DNA from: Vitreimonas sp.
GTDB lineage: Bacteria > Patescibacteriota > Microgenomatia > UBA1400 > PJMF01
DNA length: 64,000 bases
NCBI GenBank assembly: GCA_035627515.1
Contig: DASPLQ010000012.1
Coordinates: 135,269-199,268, forward strand
Reading direction: 5' to 3'
Shown: one piece after another, positions 39,408 to 48,969 of the stretch
Numbering within the stretch: position 1 is the first letter of the stretch
How the letters are laid out: the number at the start of each line of letters is the position of its first letter
Translations under genes and position numbers: made by a program
Notes under the pieces: generated by a model
What the model was told of the DNA's origin: nothing
Databases searched by the model: none
What the model saw: the letters and a program-made list of their open reading frames with translations, nothing else

Positions 39408-40715
39408 CTAAATCACCTCAATGGCTTTATTTAAGACTTCATCATCTTGAGTCTCAGGGTTATCGAGGACTTCGTGGGTGACAGCAATGCCTTTTTCATG
39501 AATCCAGTCACCTTTAGGTAACAACCATTGAGCGATGGTGATATGGATGCCACCGCCATTACTGAGTTCTTTACGATCTTGGACCGTGCCTTTCCCAAAT
39601 GTTTTCTCACCAATTAATTGAGCGTCACGGCGATCGCGTAAAGCACCCGCCACGATTTCTGAGGCCGAGGCACTACCTTTATTGACTAGAACATCCACCG
39701 GCACATCCGCTAATCGAGCTTTGCCTCGGGCTTCGAATTCTTGAGTCCGGTACTTGTCCTTTTGCATCACCACTACACCATCTTCAATAAATTCACTAGC
39801 AATATTTATCGACTCTTCGAAATAACCACCGGGGTTGTTGCGCATATCTAAAATGACGCCGCGAACATTATTTTTTTGACTCAAAATCTCTGCCACCGCT
39901 TTGTCCCATTCCTCATCGGTGCGATCACCAAAGCGTGAAAGCTTCAGGTGAGCGACGCGCTTCCCACCCTGCTCTACAAACGTTAACTCCACTGAGGGCA
40001 CGATAATTTCGCCTCGCTCTAAAGTAACTTCGAAAGGTTGGGTTTGGGTCGAGTTCTCAGTTTTGCGAACTAGTGTCAGAGTGACTTTACTACCTTTAGC
40101 GCCACGGATATGGCCGACAGCTTCATTAAGCGTCCAACCCGTGGTATCAGAATCAAGACCTTTACTATCATCTTTGACGTGCAAAATTAAATCACTGGCT
40201 TTGATGCCCGCTCGTTCGGCTGGGGTACCTTTGACCGGCGCCACCACCGCTAAAATGCTATCAATATATCCCAACTCAATGCCGACACCATAAAAGGCAC
40301 CTGCCAAATCTTCAGCACTACGTTGGTTGTCATCAGGTGGCAAGTAGACGGTGTACGGATCATCTAAAGCTGAGGTCATACCACTGATTGCCCCATTCAC
40401 CATTTTTTCAGTGTTCAGCTTCTCGGCATCCATGTAATCTTGCTCAAGCATCCGCCACACTTCCCAAAAAGTAGAAAATTTGACGTCTTTAAAATCTGTT
40501 GGAGCCTCTTTATCAGTCAGGGTATAGCGCGTACTACCTTGAGTACTTGATTGTGGGTTCGGTTGTAAATAACCTGGCAATAACGGAATCTTACCTTCTT
40601 GGCCAAACTTAAAGCCCATCGCTCCCCCCAATAAAATCAGTAATAAAGCTATCACGATTTGGCGGGCAGGAAATGAAGAATTAATGGCGGGGCCAGATTG
40701 AGGACTCGAGATCAT
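39408..40715 (-). CDS. Carboxy-terminal processing peptidase (S41)
   Basis: A tail-specific protease fold with PDZ and S41 catalytic regions. Confidence 0.8.
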   Translation of the reverse strand: MISSPQSGPAINSSFPARQIVIALLLILLGGAMGFKFGQEGKIPLLPGYLQPNPQSSTQGSTRYTLTDKEAPTDFKDVKFSTFWEVWRMLEQDYMDAEKLNTEKMVNGAISGMTSALDDPYTVYLPPDDNQRSAEDLAGAFYGVGIELGYIDSILAVVAPVKGTPAERAGIKASDLILHVKDDSKGLDSDTTGWTLNEAVGHIRGAKGSKVTLTLVRKTENSTQTQPFEVTLERGEIIVPSVELTFVEQGGKRVAHLKLSRFGDRTDEEWDKAVAEILSQKNNVRGVILDMRNNPGGYFEESINIASEFIEDGVVVMQKDKYRTQEFEARGKARLADVPVDVLVNKGSASASEIVAGALRDRRDAQLIGEKTFGKGTVQDRKELSNGGGIHITIAQWLLPKGDWIHEKGIAVTHEVLDNPETQDDEVLNKAIEVI

Positions 40716-40758
40716 AGATGATCTATTGTAGCTCGAACCTAGAGTTAAAGAAAGAGGT

Positions 40759-41061
40759 TTAGACGAATTGTATCTTTAACTTTTTGTTGAACGCTGACGC
40801 AATTGTCATTAGCGTATTTAAAGTTGGATTATAGGAGCCAGATTCTATCTTAGTAATTGTCGTACGGGGTAAGTTAGCTCGCTTAGCTACCTCTGCTTGG
40901 GTCAAATGTAACTTTTTTCGCATTTTTCTTAACTCAACCAAAATATCATAGTAAAGCAACTCTAGCTCTACTATCTGTTTTTGTTCTAGTGTGAAATCTT
41001 TGGCAAATTCTTCTAAAGTAATAGTTTTCTTTTTAAGAATAGTATTTAGTTTTTTATTCAT
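40759..41061 (-). CDS. XRE-family HTH antitoxin (HigA-like)
   Basis: LTQAEVAKRANLPRTTITKIESG HTH. It overlaps the upstream toxin gene by 4 nt. Confidence 0.6.
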   Translation of the reverse strand: MNKKLNTILKKKTITLEEFAKDFTLEQKQIVELELLYYDILVELRKMRKKLHLTQAEVAKRANLPRTTITKIESGSYNPTLNTLMTIASAFNKKLKIQFV

Positions 41062-41375
41062 ATGATGTATTCCTTTAATCGCTTGGTAGCTTTCTCTATT
41101 TCATTTAATGGTGTTTGCTCAGTTTTTTTGTGAAAAGCTGATAATAAAATGACTACATCATTATCCAAGTAAGAATACAACACCCTCCACTCACCCTTAT
41201 ATTTAATCCTTAACTCAAAGAGGCTCTTATTAATTCGCTTACCTAGTGGCTCTTCTAATTTTCCATACTTAGCTAAGCTTCTTGAATGAGCCTCAACTCG
41301 AGCAATAACAACTAGTGGAAACTTAGAAATTTCTCTATTAGCTCGTTTATCAACTGCAATTGTTTTCTTATTCAT
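41058..41375 (-). CDS. HigB/RelE-ParE (Gp49-like) toxin
   Basis: LFELRIKYKGEWRVLYSY…VVILLSAFHKKTEQTP pattern. It sits upstream of the XRE antitoxin, which is the HigBA gene order. Confidence 0.5.
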   Translation of the reverse strand: MNKKTIAVDKRANREISKFPLVVIARVEAHSRSLAKYGKLEEPLGKRINKSLFELRIKYKGEWRVLYSYLDNDVVILLSAFHKKTEQTPLNEIEKATKRLKEYII

Positions 41376-41437
41376 AATTGTTCCTTATAAAGAACTTTAT
41401 GTCAAGTCTAAAAATTTGTTGAGATTATCAACAATCC

Positions 41438-41477
41438 TGTCAACACAACAACACCCCGCCTCTTTCAAGGCAGGGTG
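41438..41477 (-). terminator. Hairpin (caccctgcc/ggcggggtg) with a U-rich tail downstream of rpsR
   Basis: Seen in the sequence. The stem is imperfect. Confidence 0.35.
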
Positions 41478-41508
41478 TTTAAACACGTTCAAAACTAAAT
41501 TACAGAGA

Positions 41509-41739
41509 TTACAGCGTCTGTGTAAATGGCAACAAGGCTAAGTGGCGAGCTTGTTTAATAGCTTTAGCCAAACGGCGTTGTTGTTTTTGAGACAAGCCAC
41601 TCTTGGAACGAGGTACGATGTAACCTTGTTCAGTCAGGTAGCGTTCAAGCGCTTTGGATTCTTTATATGAGAAGGTCAGATTTTTATCTGCCTTGATAGT
41701 GGGGCCGCTAGAGCGGCGTCTACGAACTGGCATTGGCAT
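41509..41739 (-). CDS. rpsR: 30S ribosomal protein S18. The start is set at MPMPVRRRR, because the track ORF N-terminus is encoded by the repeat element.
   Basis: RRSSGP…[25 protein letters not shown]. Confidence 0.85.
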   Translation of the reverse strand: MPMPVRRRRSSGPTIKADKNLTFSYKESKALERYLTEQGYIVPRSKSGLSQKQQRRLAKAIKQARHLALLPFTQTL

Positions 41740-41750
41740 AGATTGAGTTC

Positions 41751-41843
41751 CTGAGTAATTTAGTAACTGAGTCATTCGCTGTCTCCGCCAGCTGGCTGAC
41801 CAATTACTTAGTTACTTATTTACTTAATTACTTTCATTACTTA
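41751..41843. repeat. Large imperfect inverted repeat built from AGTAAYT heptads, flanking the GC palindrome gccagctggc, between ssb and rpsR
   Basis: Left arm gAGTAATTtAGTAACTgAGTcATT; right arm AATTACTtAGTTACTtATTTACTtAATTACT. Confidence 0.6.
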
Positions 41844-42335
41844 TTAAAATGGAATGTCGTCAGCGACATCCTCGACACTGCCGATATCATCACTCGGCAA
41901 TTGGTCATCATCACTCGCTGCACTGGACGAATGAGATGAGTTGTCATCACTTTGGTCATCTTGAGCAGCGGCATTGCTGCGACTACCACCACCGCGACCA
42001 TTCGATAACAACATCATGTTATCGATCACGATCTCGGTTGTCTTGCGATCTTGACCGTCCTCTGATTTCCAGTCGCGAGTTTGGATGCGACCTTCCACAT
42101 AGACTTTGTCACCTTTGCGGAGCAATTGACCACAAATGTCAGCTAGTTTAGACCAGGCGACAATGTTGTGGTACTCCACTTTTTCTTGCTTTTCACCACC
42201 GTCAGCTGGAGTCCAGGTGCGGTTAGTAGCAATGCCAAATGAACACACAGCAGTGCCATTAGGGGTGTAGCGTAAATTGGGATCGCGGGTTAAGTTCCCG
42301 ATCAACATGACTTTGTTTAATGAGCGTACAGACAT
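41844..42335 (-). CDS. ssb: Single-stranded DNA-binding protein
   Basis: An OB-fold N-terminus, a Gly/Ser-rich linker and a C-terminal DDIPF. Confidence 0.9.
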   Translation of the reverse strand: MSVRSLNKVMLIGNLTRDPNLRYTPNGTAVCSFGIATNRTWTPADGGEKQEKVEYHNIVAWSKLADICGQLLRKGDKVYVEGRIQTRDWKSEDGQDRKTTEIVIDNMMLLSNGRGGGSRSNAAAQDDQSDDNSSHSSSAASDDDQLPSDDIGSVEDVADDIPF

Positions 42336-42394
42336 AGGTCCTTTCGTTAATCTGATACTACCTCTGAGTATATGGATAATTCTTGCATTAACCT

Positions 42395-42751
42395 TTACTC
42401 AGCCAATTTGCTCGGCTCTGCTTGACCATTTTCTTCAGCTACTACTAATAAGTGACGCATGATTTCGGTTTGCAAATACACATCGCGCTCAAGCTCAGGA
42501 GCTTTGAGAGATGGTAAGTTAAAAACAACGTGGAAGTAGTGAGCTTCGGTGTGCATCTTGCCACCATGTTTGAGGCGGTAAGCCAATTTTTTCTTGCCCC
42601 AAGGCTCGTTTTTGACCACTTCAGCCTTGTGCTTCTTGAGAGATGTCACCACACCTTCACTAATTTTGGACATTTCGGCGTCGGTATACACAGCCGGTAA
42701 TAAATAGGTCAGTTCGTACTTACGAACGACCTCGTCTTTGACGAGTTTCAT
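42395..42751 (-). CDS. rpsF: 30S ribosomal protein S6
   Basis: YELTYLL…WGKKKLAYRL pattern. The rpsF-ssb-rpsR order is conserved. Confidence 0.8.
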   Translation of the reverse strand: MKLVKDEVVRKYELTYLLPAVYTDAEMSKISEGVVTSLKKHKAEVVKNEPWGKKKLAYRLKHGGKMHTEAHYFHVVFNLPSLKAPELERDVYLQTEIMRHLLVVAEENGQAEPSKLAE

Positions 42752-42828
42752 AGGCGCTTACTCCTTGAATTGCTTGCCTTTAAGCGATTTGGGTTCTGGT
42801 GCCGGTTAACGACTCCAGAGAGGCAAGC

Positions 42829-43374
42829 CTAATTAATGTTAGAGAGTATTTTACCATAGATGGAAAGAGCTATGGCAATGTCAGTTAAAATACCCTGATC
42901 CTGATGTGAAATTAACAAGGCGTGGCTAAGTTTTTTGTATGATATGTAAGAAGCATCTTTGATAGTTGTATCCTGCTGAGTTTGCTGATGAACATGTTTA
43001 CGAAAGGTATGTTTATCCACAAAAGCTAACCCTCGAGTGGTCATAGCCACAATCGTGTCAGGTTCAATTTCTAAGCCTACTACTGGAAATCGTTGTCCTA
43101 GCAACTGGAACTCGCTATGCTGAGCGTTTAATCTCTCCAACAGGGTAAAAACTTCTCTGAAAATATCATTCAGAAAGGTAACCTTGTCATCTAGACTCAA
43201 CCCGTCTTCTTCGACTAAGAAATAAAGCTCAGTAATCTCACTTAACTCACTCCAGGCTAGAATAACTTCATGGGCTAATCCTCGTTTAATGCCAGTAAGA
43301 AACTCGTGATTGAACTCACCGCTACAGATTTCTTCTACCATTTTTAAAACTTGTAATCGTTCTCTACTGGCCAT
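42829..43374 (-). CDS. Hypothetical protein
   Basis: ORF only. Confidence 0.4.
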   Translation of the reverse strand: MASRERLQVLKMVEEICSGEFNHEFLTGIKRGLAHEVILAWSELSEITELYFLVEEDGLSLDDKVTFLNDIFREVFTLLERLNAQHSEFQLLGQRFPVVGLEIEPDTIVAMTTRGLAFVDKHTFRKHVHQQTQQDTTIKDASYISYKKLSHALLISHQDQGILTDIAIALSIYGKILSNIN

Positions 43375-43377
43375 AAT

Positions 43378-44475
43378 TTACTTCCCAATCATGAACTCCA
43401 CTACATCGCCTTCTTGCATGATGTAGTCGCGGCCCTCTTGGCGGAGTTTGCCATTTTCCCGGACACCTTTCCAACCTTTAAGCGCTACGAAATCTGCGTA
43501 ACTGGCCACGTTAGCTTTGATGAAGTGTTTAGTGAAATCGGTGTGGATGACACCAGCAGCCTCGGGAGCGGTCATACCTTTTTTGATCGTCCAAGCCCGG
43601 ACTTCCAGTTCGCCGGCAGTTAAAAAGCTTTGTAAACCAAGCGTATGGTAGGCCACTGCGGCTAATCTTTCTAAACCACTTTGAGTCAAACCGAGCTCAT
43701 CTAAGAATAAAGCTTGATCCTCAGCTGATAACACAGCTAACTCGCTCTCAATTTTGGCCGAAATAATTACGATTTGCTCAGAGGCCATACCTAACTCAGC
43801 CGCAAATTTTTTGGCCAGTGCTTCCCCATCTTTGACTTGAGCCTCATCGACATTCAGAGCACATAACTCTGGCTTGGGACTCAGTAAATTTAACTCTTTA
43901 ATGACAGCTTGAAATTCTGAAGTTTGGAATTTGGGATTTTGAATTTTCTCTCCCCCGGCCTTCTCGATCACTTCTTTAATTTGCTTAATAATTTCCCATT
44001 TTTCTTTTTCACCCGGTTTACCACCACTCTTGGGTTCTTTTTGTTTATCAAGCGTAGCCAAGTCAGCGAGCTGAAGTTCTAAACGGATAATTCCTAAATC
44101 TTCGCTGGGGCTGACCGCTCCTTCGCGAATAATATCTGGGTCAGTAAAAGCTCGTAAGACATGACAAATCGCGGAGGTCTCACGAATATGAGACAGGAAT
44201 TGGTTACCCAACCCGGCACCTTGACTGGCACCTTTGACCAACCCCGCAATGTCCACAAACTCCACCGTGGCGGGCTTGATGACCGAGGTTTTCACAATCT
44301 CTGCCAAGACTGGCAGACGTTGATCTGGCACTTCGGCAATGCCCACATTTGGATCGATAGTGGCAAACGGATAGTTAGCAGCCAATGCTACTTGTTGTTT
44401 GAGAAGGGCGTTAAAGAGGGTTGATTTGCCGACATTGGGCAAACCGACGATGCCGATGGATAGATTCATACTCAA
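43378..44475 (-). CDS. ychF: Ribosome-binding ATPase YchF
   Basis: GIVGLPNVGKSTLFNAL P-loop and a TGS domain. Confidence 0.9.
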   Translation of the reverse strand: MSMNLSIGIVGLPNVGKSTLFNALLKQQVALAANYPFATIDPNVGIAEVPDQRLPVLAEIVKTSVIKPATVEFVDIAGLVKGASQGAGLGNQFLSHIRETSAICHVLRAFTDPDIIREGAVSPSEDLGIIRLELQLADLATLDKQKEPKSGGKPGEKEKWEIIKQIKEVIEKAGGEKIQNPKFQTSEFQAVIKELNLLSPKPELCALNVDEAQVKDGEALAKKFAAELGMASEQIVIISAKIESELAVLSAEDQALFLDELGLTQSGLERLAAVAYHTLGLQSFLTAGELEVRAWTIKKGMTAPEAAGVIHTDFTKHFIKANVASYADFVALKGWKGVRENGKLRQEGRDYIMQEGDVVEFMIGK

Positions 44476-44646
44476 TGTTTCCTTTATTACTAGCTAGAGG
44501 TACTTACCCACTCTTAGTTCTTGCTACGTGGCGACTATTTTATCAAGACTTGGTTTAATTATCTCTAGCATTAATGCAATTTTCTTGTTGGTACTTACTT
44601 ATTCGCACTTTTTTAAAGTGTTTAGCAGTTAGATATAATAGAGGCT

Positions 44647-46260
44647 ATGAGTAATGAAAACTTCAACCCAGAAAACTATATAGGCGTAAGTGTTGCTGAG
44701 ATTTTTGGAGAGAGCAATGAAGGTGTTTCAGAAGACCACGCACATTTTTCAATCAAATTAAGAGAACGGCTACTAGCCATAGAGAAAAACGACATCGATG
44801 ACAATGATTTACCTTTATTCCTCTACCATTTGGCTTCAGCTGTCGCCAATGGTACTAGTTTGAGAAAGCTTGCTGATTATTATGGTTTGACCCACAAGAT
44901 CGTAGGCCAACTCCTACAGGCTGCTGGTATTCCATATGCATCTAGATCAGAAGCTGTTCAACGTTTTTGGACCAATGATAGTTATGCTGATGCCCGTGCT
45001 AAAAATCGTGAAGCTACAATCTCAGCTGCGCGCGAATTTTGGCGAGATGAAGACAGAAGCGCCACAGCTCGTCAAAAAGCTCGAGAACAAATGACCCAGC
45101 AGCGTCAAGACCCTGCCTTTGTTGAGGCTGCCACTGAAGCAGCTCGTCGTACTATGCAACAAAGATGGCAAGATCCCGAATATCGTCACCAGCATAGTGA
45201 AATGATGAAACGATTATGGCAAGATCCAGAGTATCGCCGCAACCAATTAGTGCATCTGTTTAACATCGCTGAAGAATTCAGAAATGACCCCGACTACCTT
45301 GAAAAACTCTCAGAAGCCCGCCGTCGGCTGTGGGAAGATCCAGATTTTTATGAAGCTCATGTCCAACGCTCTCGCGAAAATCTAGCCCGATTGAAACAAA
45401 CTCCCGAGTACCGTGAAAAACGCTCTCAATTAAGTAAAAAACAATGGAAAAATCCTGAGTTCAGAGCCAAAATGGCTCAGAAAGCCAGTAGACAGTTTTC
45501 TGAACTATGGAAAAATCCTGAATTCCGAGCATTTATCAGCGATCAATCTCGAGGGATTATGACAAGGTTAAATCAAGATCCTTCTTTTAAACAACGTCAA
45601 GCAGAAGCTCGATTAGAACGAGAAGAAGACGAGGAGTACCAAGCTCGAATTTCCGAAACGCGCCGTCAACTAGCGCTTGAATTTTGGCAACGCGAAGATT
45701 ATCGAGATAAACAAACCACTGCTCATGAAGAGCTATGGCAAGATCCGGAGTATCGTGCCCATATGGAAGAAATTAAGAGACAACAGTGGAATGACCTTAC
45801 TTTTAGAGAAAAATTAATTTTGCCTACTCAGTATGGCTACCGATCAGATATTGGTTTCTTTGCCCAATCTGCTATGGAAGCCAATGTAGCTCGCGTTTTT
45901 ATGCATTCTGGTAAAGAGTTTATGGTAGGAATGGTTCTTGAATTGCAGGTCACAGAAGAATTTAGTGATCTATTCAACGGACCATTCACGCGCTTCAATG
46001 TTGACTTTACCTTAACTGACCGAAGTAGTCGCACGGTGATCTACGAACTAATGGCTCATCCTTTTGAAGATCCTGAGGGGTGGGCTAAATTGACAATGGC
46101 TCAGCAACAATATCCTGACATTATTTTCAAAGTTATCGATCAAAAACTTTATAAGAGGTTACAAAACCGCTTTGAAGACGCAATTAATAATTCTGCTAAA
46201 TTTCATGGGTGGGAAAAAACCGGGTTTAACTTACGAACAAACCCAGATCTTTTTGGATGA
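44647..46260 (+). CDS. Tandem-repeat protein: N-terminal HTH-like region, ~12-14 copies of a ~20-aa unit (…R/K-x-x-W-x-D-P-E-Y/F-R…), and a C-terminal globular domain
   Basis: The repeats are seen directly (WQDPEYR x4, WKNPEFR x2, WEDPDFY, RNDPDYL and others). Confidence 0.55.
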   Translation: MSNENFNPENYIGVSVAEIFGESNEGVSEDHAHFSIKLRERLLAIEKNDIDDNDLPLFLYHLASAVANGTSLRKLADYYGLTHKIVGQLLQAAGIPYASRSEAVQRFWTNDSYADARAKNREATISAAREFWRDEDRSATARQKAREQMTQQRQDPAFVEAATEAARRTMQQRWQDPEYRHQHSEMMKRLWQDPEYRRNQLVHLFNIAEEFRNDPDYLEKLSEARRRLWEDPDFYEAHVQRSRENLARLKQTPEYREKRSQLSKKQWKNPEFRAKMAQKASRQFSELWKNPEFRAFISDQSRGIMTRLNQDPSFKQRQAEARLEREEDEEYQARISETRRQLALEFWQREDYRDKQTTAHEELWQDPEYRAHMEEIKRQQWNDLTFREKLILPTQYGYRSDIGFFAQSAMEANVARVFMHSGKEFMVGMVLELQVTEEFSDLFNGPFTRFNVDFTLTDRSSRTVIYELMAHPFEDPEGWAKLTMAQQQYPDIIFKVIDQKLYKRLQNRFEDAINNSAKFHGWEKTGFNLRTNPDLFG

Positions 46261-46300
46261 GTAGTAGTTATCTACTTATGAGCAAGTATAATTCTCAATA

Positions 46301-46978
46301 ATGCTACGATCATTATTACTATCCAAGCCTCTCCCTTTCTCGATAGATCGATGGTGGTATGTATTTTTTACTATTATCTATCCTCTCTTTCTGATTATTA
46401 TTTTTCAGTTTTTGATTTTAATAGACTCAACGCCTGATACTCTCTACTATGACCCCTTTCTAGCATTTCTATTTGACCCACTTATATTTATGTGTTTTTA
46501 CCCAGTCTTTCTAGGCGCAATAATCTCGGAAGTATTACTAGCTAAATCTTTTAAGATCTATGCTAAAAAGAAGTTCATTCGGCGCGGAATATGGGCAGGG
46601 ACATTAACTGCGTGGCTCTTTTTTATAGCGACTATATACTACATGCTTCCCGCTCTGCTTAAATCTGCGGTAGGTGATATGCAGCCGGAGGTGCGCAGAG
46701 TTAGTATTTTGTTTCTCACAATAATAGTAGTTACTCTGGGAGGAACTCTTACCTTATCGCATTATAAATCCCGATGGTTACCTATACTGTATCTACTATT
46801 TCACCCTGGAATAGCCATTCTTGGGCTACTCAGTCTCCAACTTTTCGGGACACCTTTAAATATCTTTCTCGAGCCTCTAGAAATCCCAGCTATGATTAGC
46901 TTTTCCTTAATAATTCTCACTCCTGCTTTTGCTACTTATTTTGCTACCAATTTGTTACGACAATTGTATGAAGTGTAA
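46301..46978 (+). CDS. Hypothetical polytopic membrane protein
   Basis: Six or more hydrophobic segments. Confidence 0.45.
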   Translation: MLRSLLLSKPLPFSIDRWWYVFFTIIYPLFLIIIFQFLILIDSTPDTLYYDPFLAFLFDPLIFMCFYPVFLGAIISEVLLAKSFKIYAKKKFIRRGIWAGTLTAWLFFIATIYYMLPALLKSAVGDMQPEVRRVSILFLTIIVVTLGGTLTLSHYKSRWLPILYLLFHPGIAILGLLSLQLFGTPLNIFLEPLEIPAMISFSLIILTPAFATYFATNLLRQLYEV

Positions 46979-46997
46979 AATGTAGTATTCGATAGCC

Positions 46998-47633
46998 ATG
47001 GCCTTTCCTCTACTCTTAACCGCCATTCGGTTACTCATCCCTTTCTCTATCTTGGTGTGGCCTTTAGCTGGACTTTTACTCTCAGCCACCATCGATATGT
47101 ACGATTGGAAATTTTTTCCATTTAGCGACGAAGCTAGCTATGCCTTGTATCAAAACTGGGATAAAACACTGGATTTTTACTATTGGTTATTTGCACTGTT
47201 CATTACTTTTAAATGGTCTGAAAAAACTGCCCGCTTGCTCGCTGTGGGATTGTTTGGATGGCGGATAGTAGGAATGGTTATTTTCTTTCTATCGCAATGG
47301 CGACCAGCCTTATTTTTCTTTCCCAATGTCTTTGAAAATTTTGTGCTTTTTTACTTGGCCTATGCTGCGGTTGCCAAAGGCAGGCCTTTATTTACTTCTT
47401 GGCAAATCATGGCCACAGTCTTGCTCAGCATTGTTGTGCCCAAATTAGTTCACGAATACTTTATGCATTTTCTGGCTAAGCAACCATGGGAAGTGTATGA
47501 CGTCGCGAGCTGGCTAGGTCTGACTACGGGAACAACTCATGAATACGGTAACTATGTAGCGTGGGGACTGATTTTGCATACTGTGACAATATCAGTGCTA
47601 ATTTTCTATGTTAAGAAAAATCAAGCTAAATAA
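46998..47633 (+). CDS. Hypothetical polytopic membrane protein
   Basis: Hydrophobic segments. It lies adjacent to the previous membrane protein. Confidence 0.45.
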   Translation: MAFPLLLTAIRLLIPFSILVWPLAGLLLSATIDMYDWKFFPFSDEASYALYQNWDKTLDFYYWLFALFITFKWSEKTARLLAVGLFGWRIVGMVIFFLSQWRPALFFFPNVFENFVLFYLAYAAVAKGRPLFTSWQIMATVLLSIVVPKLVHEYFMHFLAKQPWEVYDVASWLGLTTGTTHEYGNYVAWGLILHTVTISVLIFYVKKNQAK

Positions 47634-47847
47634 ATACTCAAATTTAACGCTTTTTTGACCCATTTTGCTATAATGTTTAGTAGTGATAGTTTAGTCTTCT
47701 CAAGAAAGAGCTTCTTGCATAAGGCTAACTGTTCTTTAACAAGTGCTTCTATTTTCTAGGTACTCACGAGGATTCAGCCTTTAACCACTGTTGAGGACTG
47801 GCGGGTACCTAGAAATTCGTCTAGGTCTTTCGCTTAAGGAGAAAAAA

Positions 47848-48258
47848 GTGAACAAGCGAAAAATGGTAGGTAAAATGATCATTTTGGCGGTAGTTATAGT
47901 TGGAGTGGGCTCAGGGCTGTATCAGTCCTGGTATAACCATCAACCCTGGTGGTGGAAAGCAGGACTCCAACACAATGAAACTACCATCTTATCAGGAACG
48001 GGCTACAAAGTTCAGCTTTCCCATTATGGATATGAGAACCAGAGTTACCAAAACTCTGAGTTACGATTACTTTATCCCGATGGAAGTGAATGGATAGCTT
48101 TAGCTGGTAAAGATTATTTGTTTGGCGAGCAAATCGTCAACGATAAAATCTTTATCGCTTCAAGAGGGCAACAAATCGACGATGTTTGGTGGGTAGAAAT
48201 CGACCCTTATTTTAAAACCATCGTTGAACACAAAGACCCCAACTACATCCCTCACTAG
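47848..48258 (+). CDS. Signal-anchored hypothetical protein, with a GTG start 6 nt after the AAGGAG SD
   Basis: SD AAGGAG at 47836-41. An N-terminal TM and a Trp-rich sequence. Confidence 0.45.
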   Translation: MNKRKMVGKMIILAVVIVGVGSGLYQSWYNHQPWWWKAGLQHNETTILSGTGYKVQLSHYGYENQSYQNSELRLLYPDGSEWIALAGKDYLFGEQIVNDKIFIASRGQQIDDVWWVEIDPYFKTIVEHKDPNYIPH

Positions 48259-48273
48259 ACCAAGCACTTGTAA

Positions 48274-48307
48274 GTCGCGGCCACAAAGCCGCGACTATTC
48301 TTAAATT
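48274..48307 (+). terminator. Intrinsic terminator (gtcgcggc-cacaaa-gccgcgac followed by a T-rich tract)
   Basis: An 8-bp GC-rich stem seen in the sequence. Confidence 0.55.
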
Positions 48308-48340
48308 GAGAACGTTGTTGTCAGCTTAAGAATAGACTCT

Positions 48341-48538
48341 TTACTCTTCTTCCGGGATCACCAGCCAACAAATCAGATATGGTAATAAACCCGGTAAACC
48401 ACCGGGGATAAATAAAAATACCCACGCTAAACGAACGACAACAACATCAATGTTTAAATAATTGGCAATGGCTAAAGCTACACCAGCCAGTACTCTGCAC
48501 TTGCGGGGTCGGCGGAGTTTTTTCATGTTTTCAGACAT
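48341..48538 (-). CDS. PspC-domain membrane protein
   Basis: LRRPRKCRVLAGVALAIANYLNIDVVVVRLAWV matches the PspC domain consensus. Confidence 0.6.
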   Translation of the reverse strand: MSENMKKLRRPRKCRVLAGVALAIANYLNIDVVVVRLAWVFLFIPGGLPGLLPYLICWLVIPEEE

Positions 48539-48617
48539 ACTTTAATTATACCGCAAATAACCCCACGCTCGTGGTGGGGTTATTTGTCATCTGTCCATCT
48601 GTTCAACAACGTCAAGC

Positions 48618-48767
48618 TTATGATTGTCCGCCTTTGCGACCAATATCTCTCACCTCTTGGGTGGGCCGGTTCTTAAAGTTAGTAGGACTGTTTTGTCCTC
48701 CGCGACGCCGGGCTTCTTCGTCTAAATTTTGAGCGGCATTTCGATTACCGCGTCCTGACTGTGCCAT
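48618..48767 (-). CDS. KGG-motif small stress protein (49 aa, MAQSGRGNRNAAQ…DIGRKGGQS), not in the ORF track
   Basis: Manually translated. The SD GGAGGTG precedes the ATG. It carries a GRKGGQ motif. Confidence 0.45.
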   Translation of the reverse strand: MAQSGRGNRNAAQNLDEEARRRGGQNSPTNFKNRPTQEVRDIGRKGGQS

Positions 48768-48816
48768 CTGCACCTCCCACAAATTATTTTATAAAGTTAA
48801 TAGTAATGTCCATCAG

Positions 48817-48969
48817 TTATTCACTTGATGAATTACTACTGCGTCCTCGCCCACCGCTCCGGCCTCGACCACCACTGCTTCGGTTATTACCACCGCCGCT
48901 GTTTGAATCATCAGCTTTTCTGCGAGCTTGACTATGTCCTTTGGAATCTCCAAACCATCCTCGTGCCAT
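48817..48969 (-). CDS. KGG-like Gly/Arg/Ser-rich small protein (50 aa, MARGWFGDSKGHSQARRKA…), not in the ORF track
   Basis: Manually translated. The SD AAGGAG sits 5 nt before the ATG. The N-terminus GWFGDS.GHS resembles KGG-family stress proteins. Confidence 0.45.
   Translation of the reverse strand: MARGWFGDSKGHSQARRKADDSNSGGGNNRSSGGRGRSGGRGRSSNSSSE

Noticed and set aside
41776-41843. N-terminal 12 codons of the rpsR track ORF ([12 protein letters not shown])
   Set aside because: This segment is encoded by the AGTAAYT repeat element itself. S18 homology starts at MPMPVRRRR.
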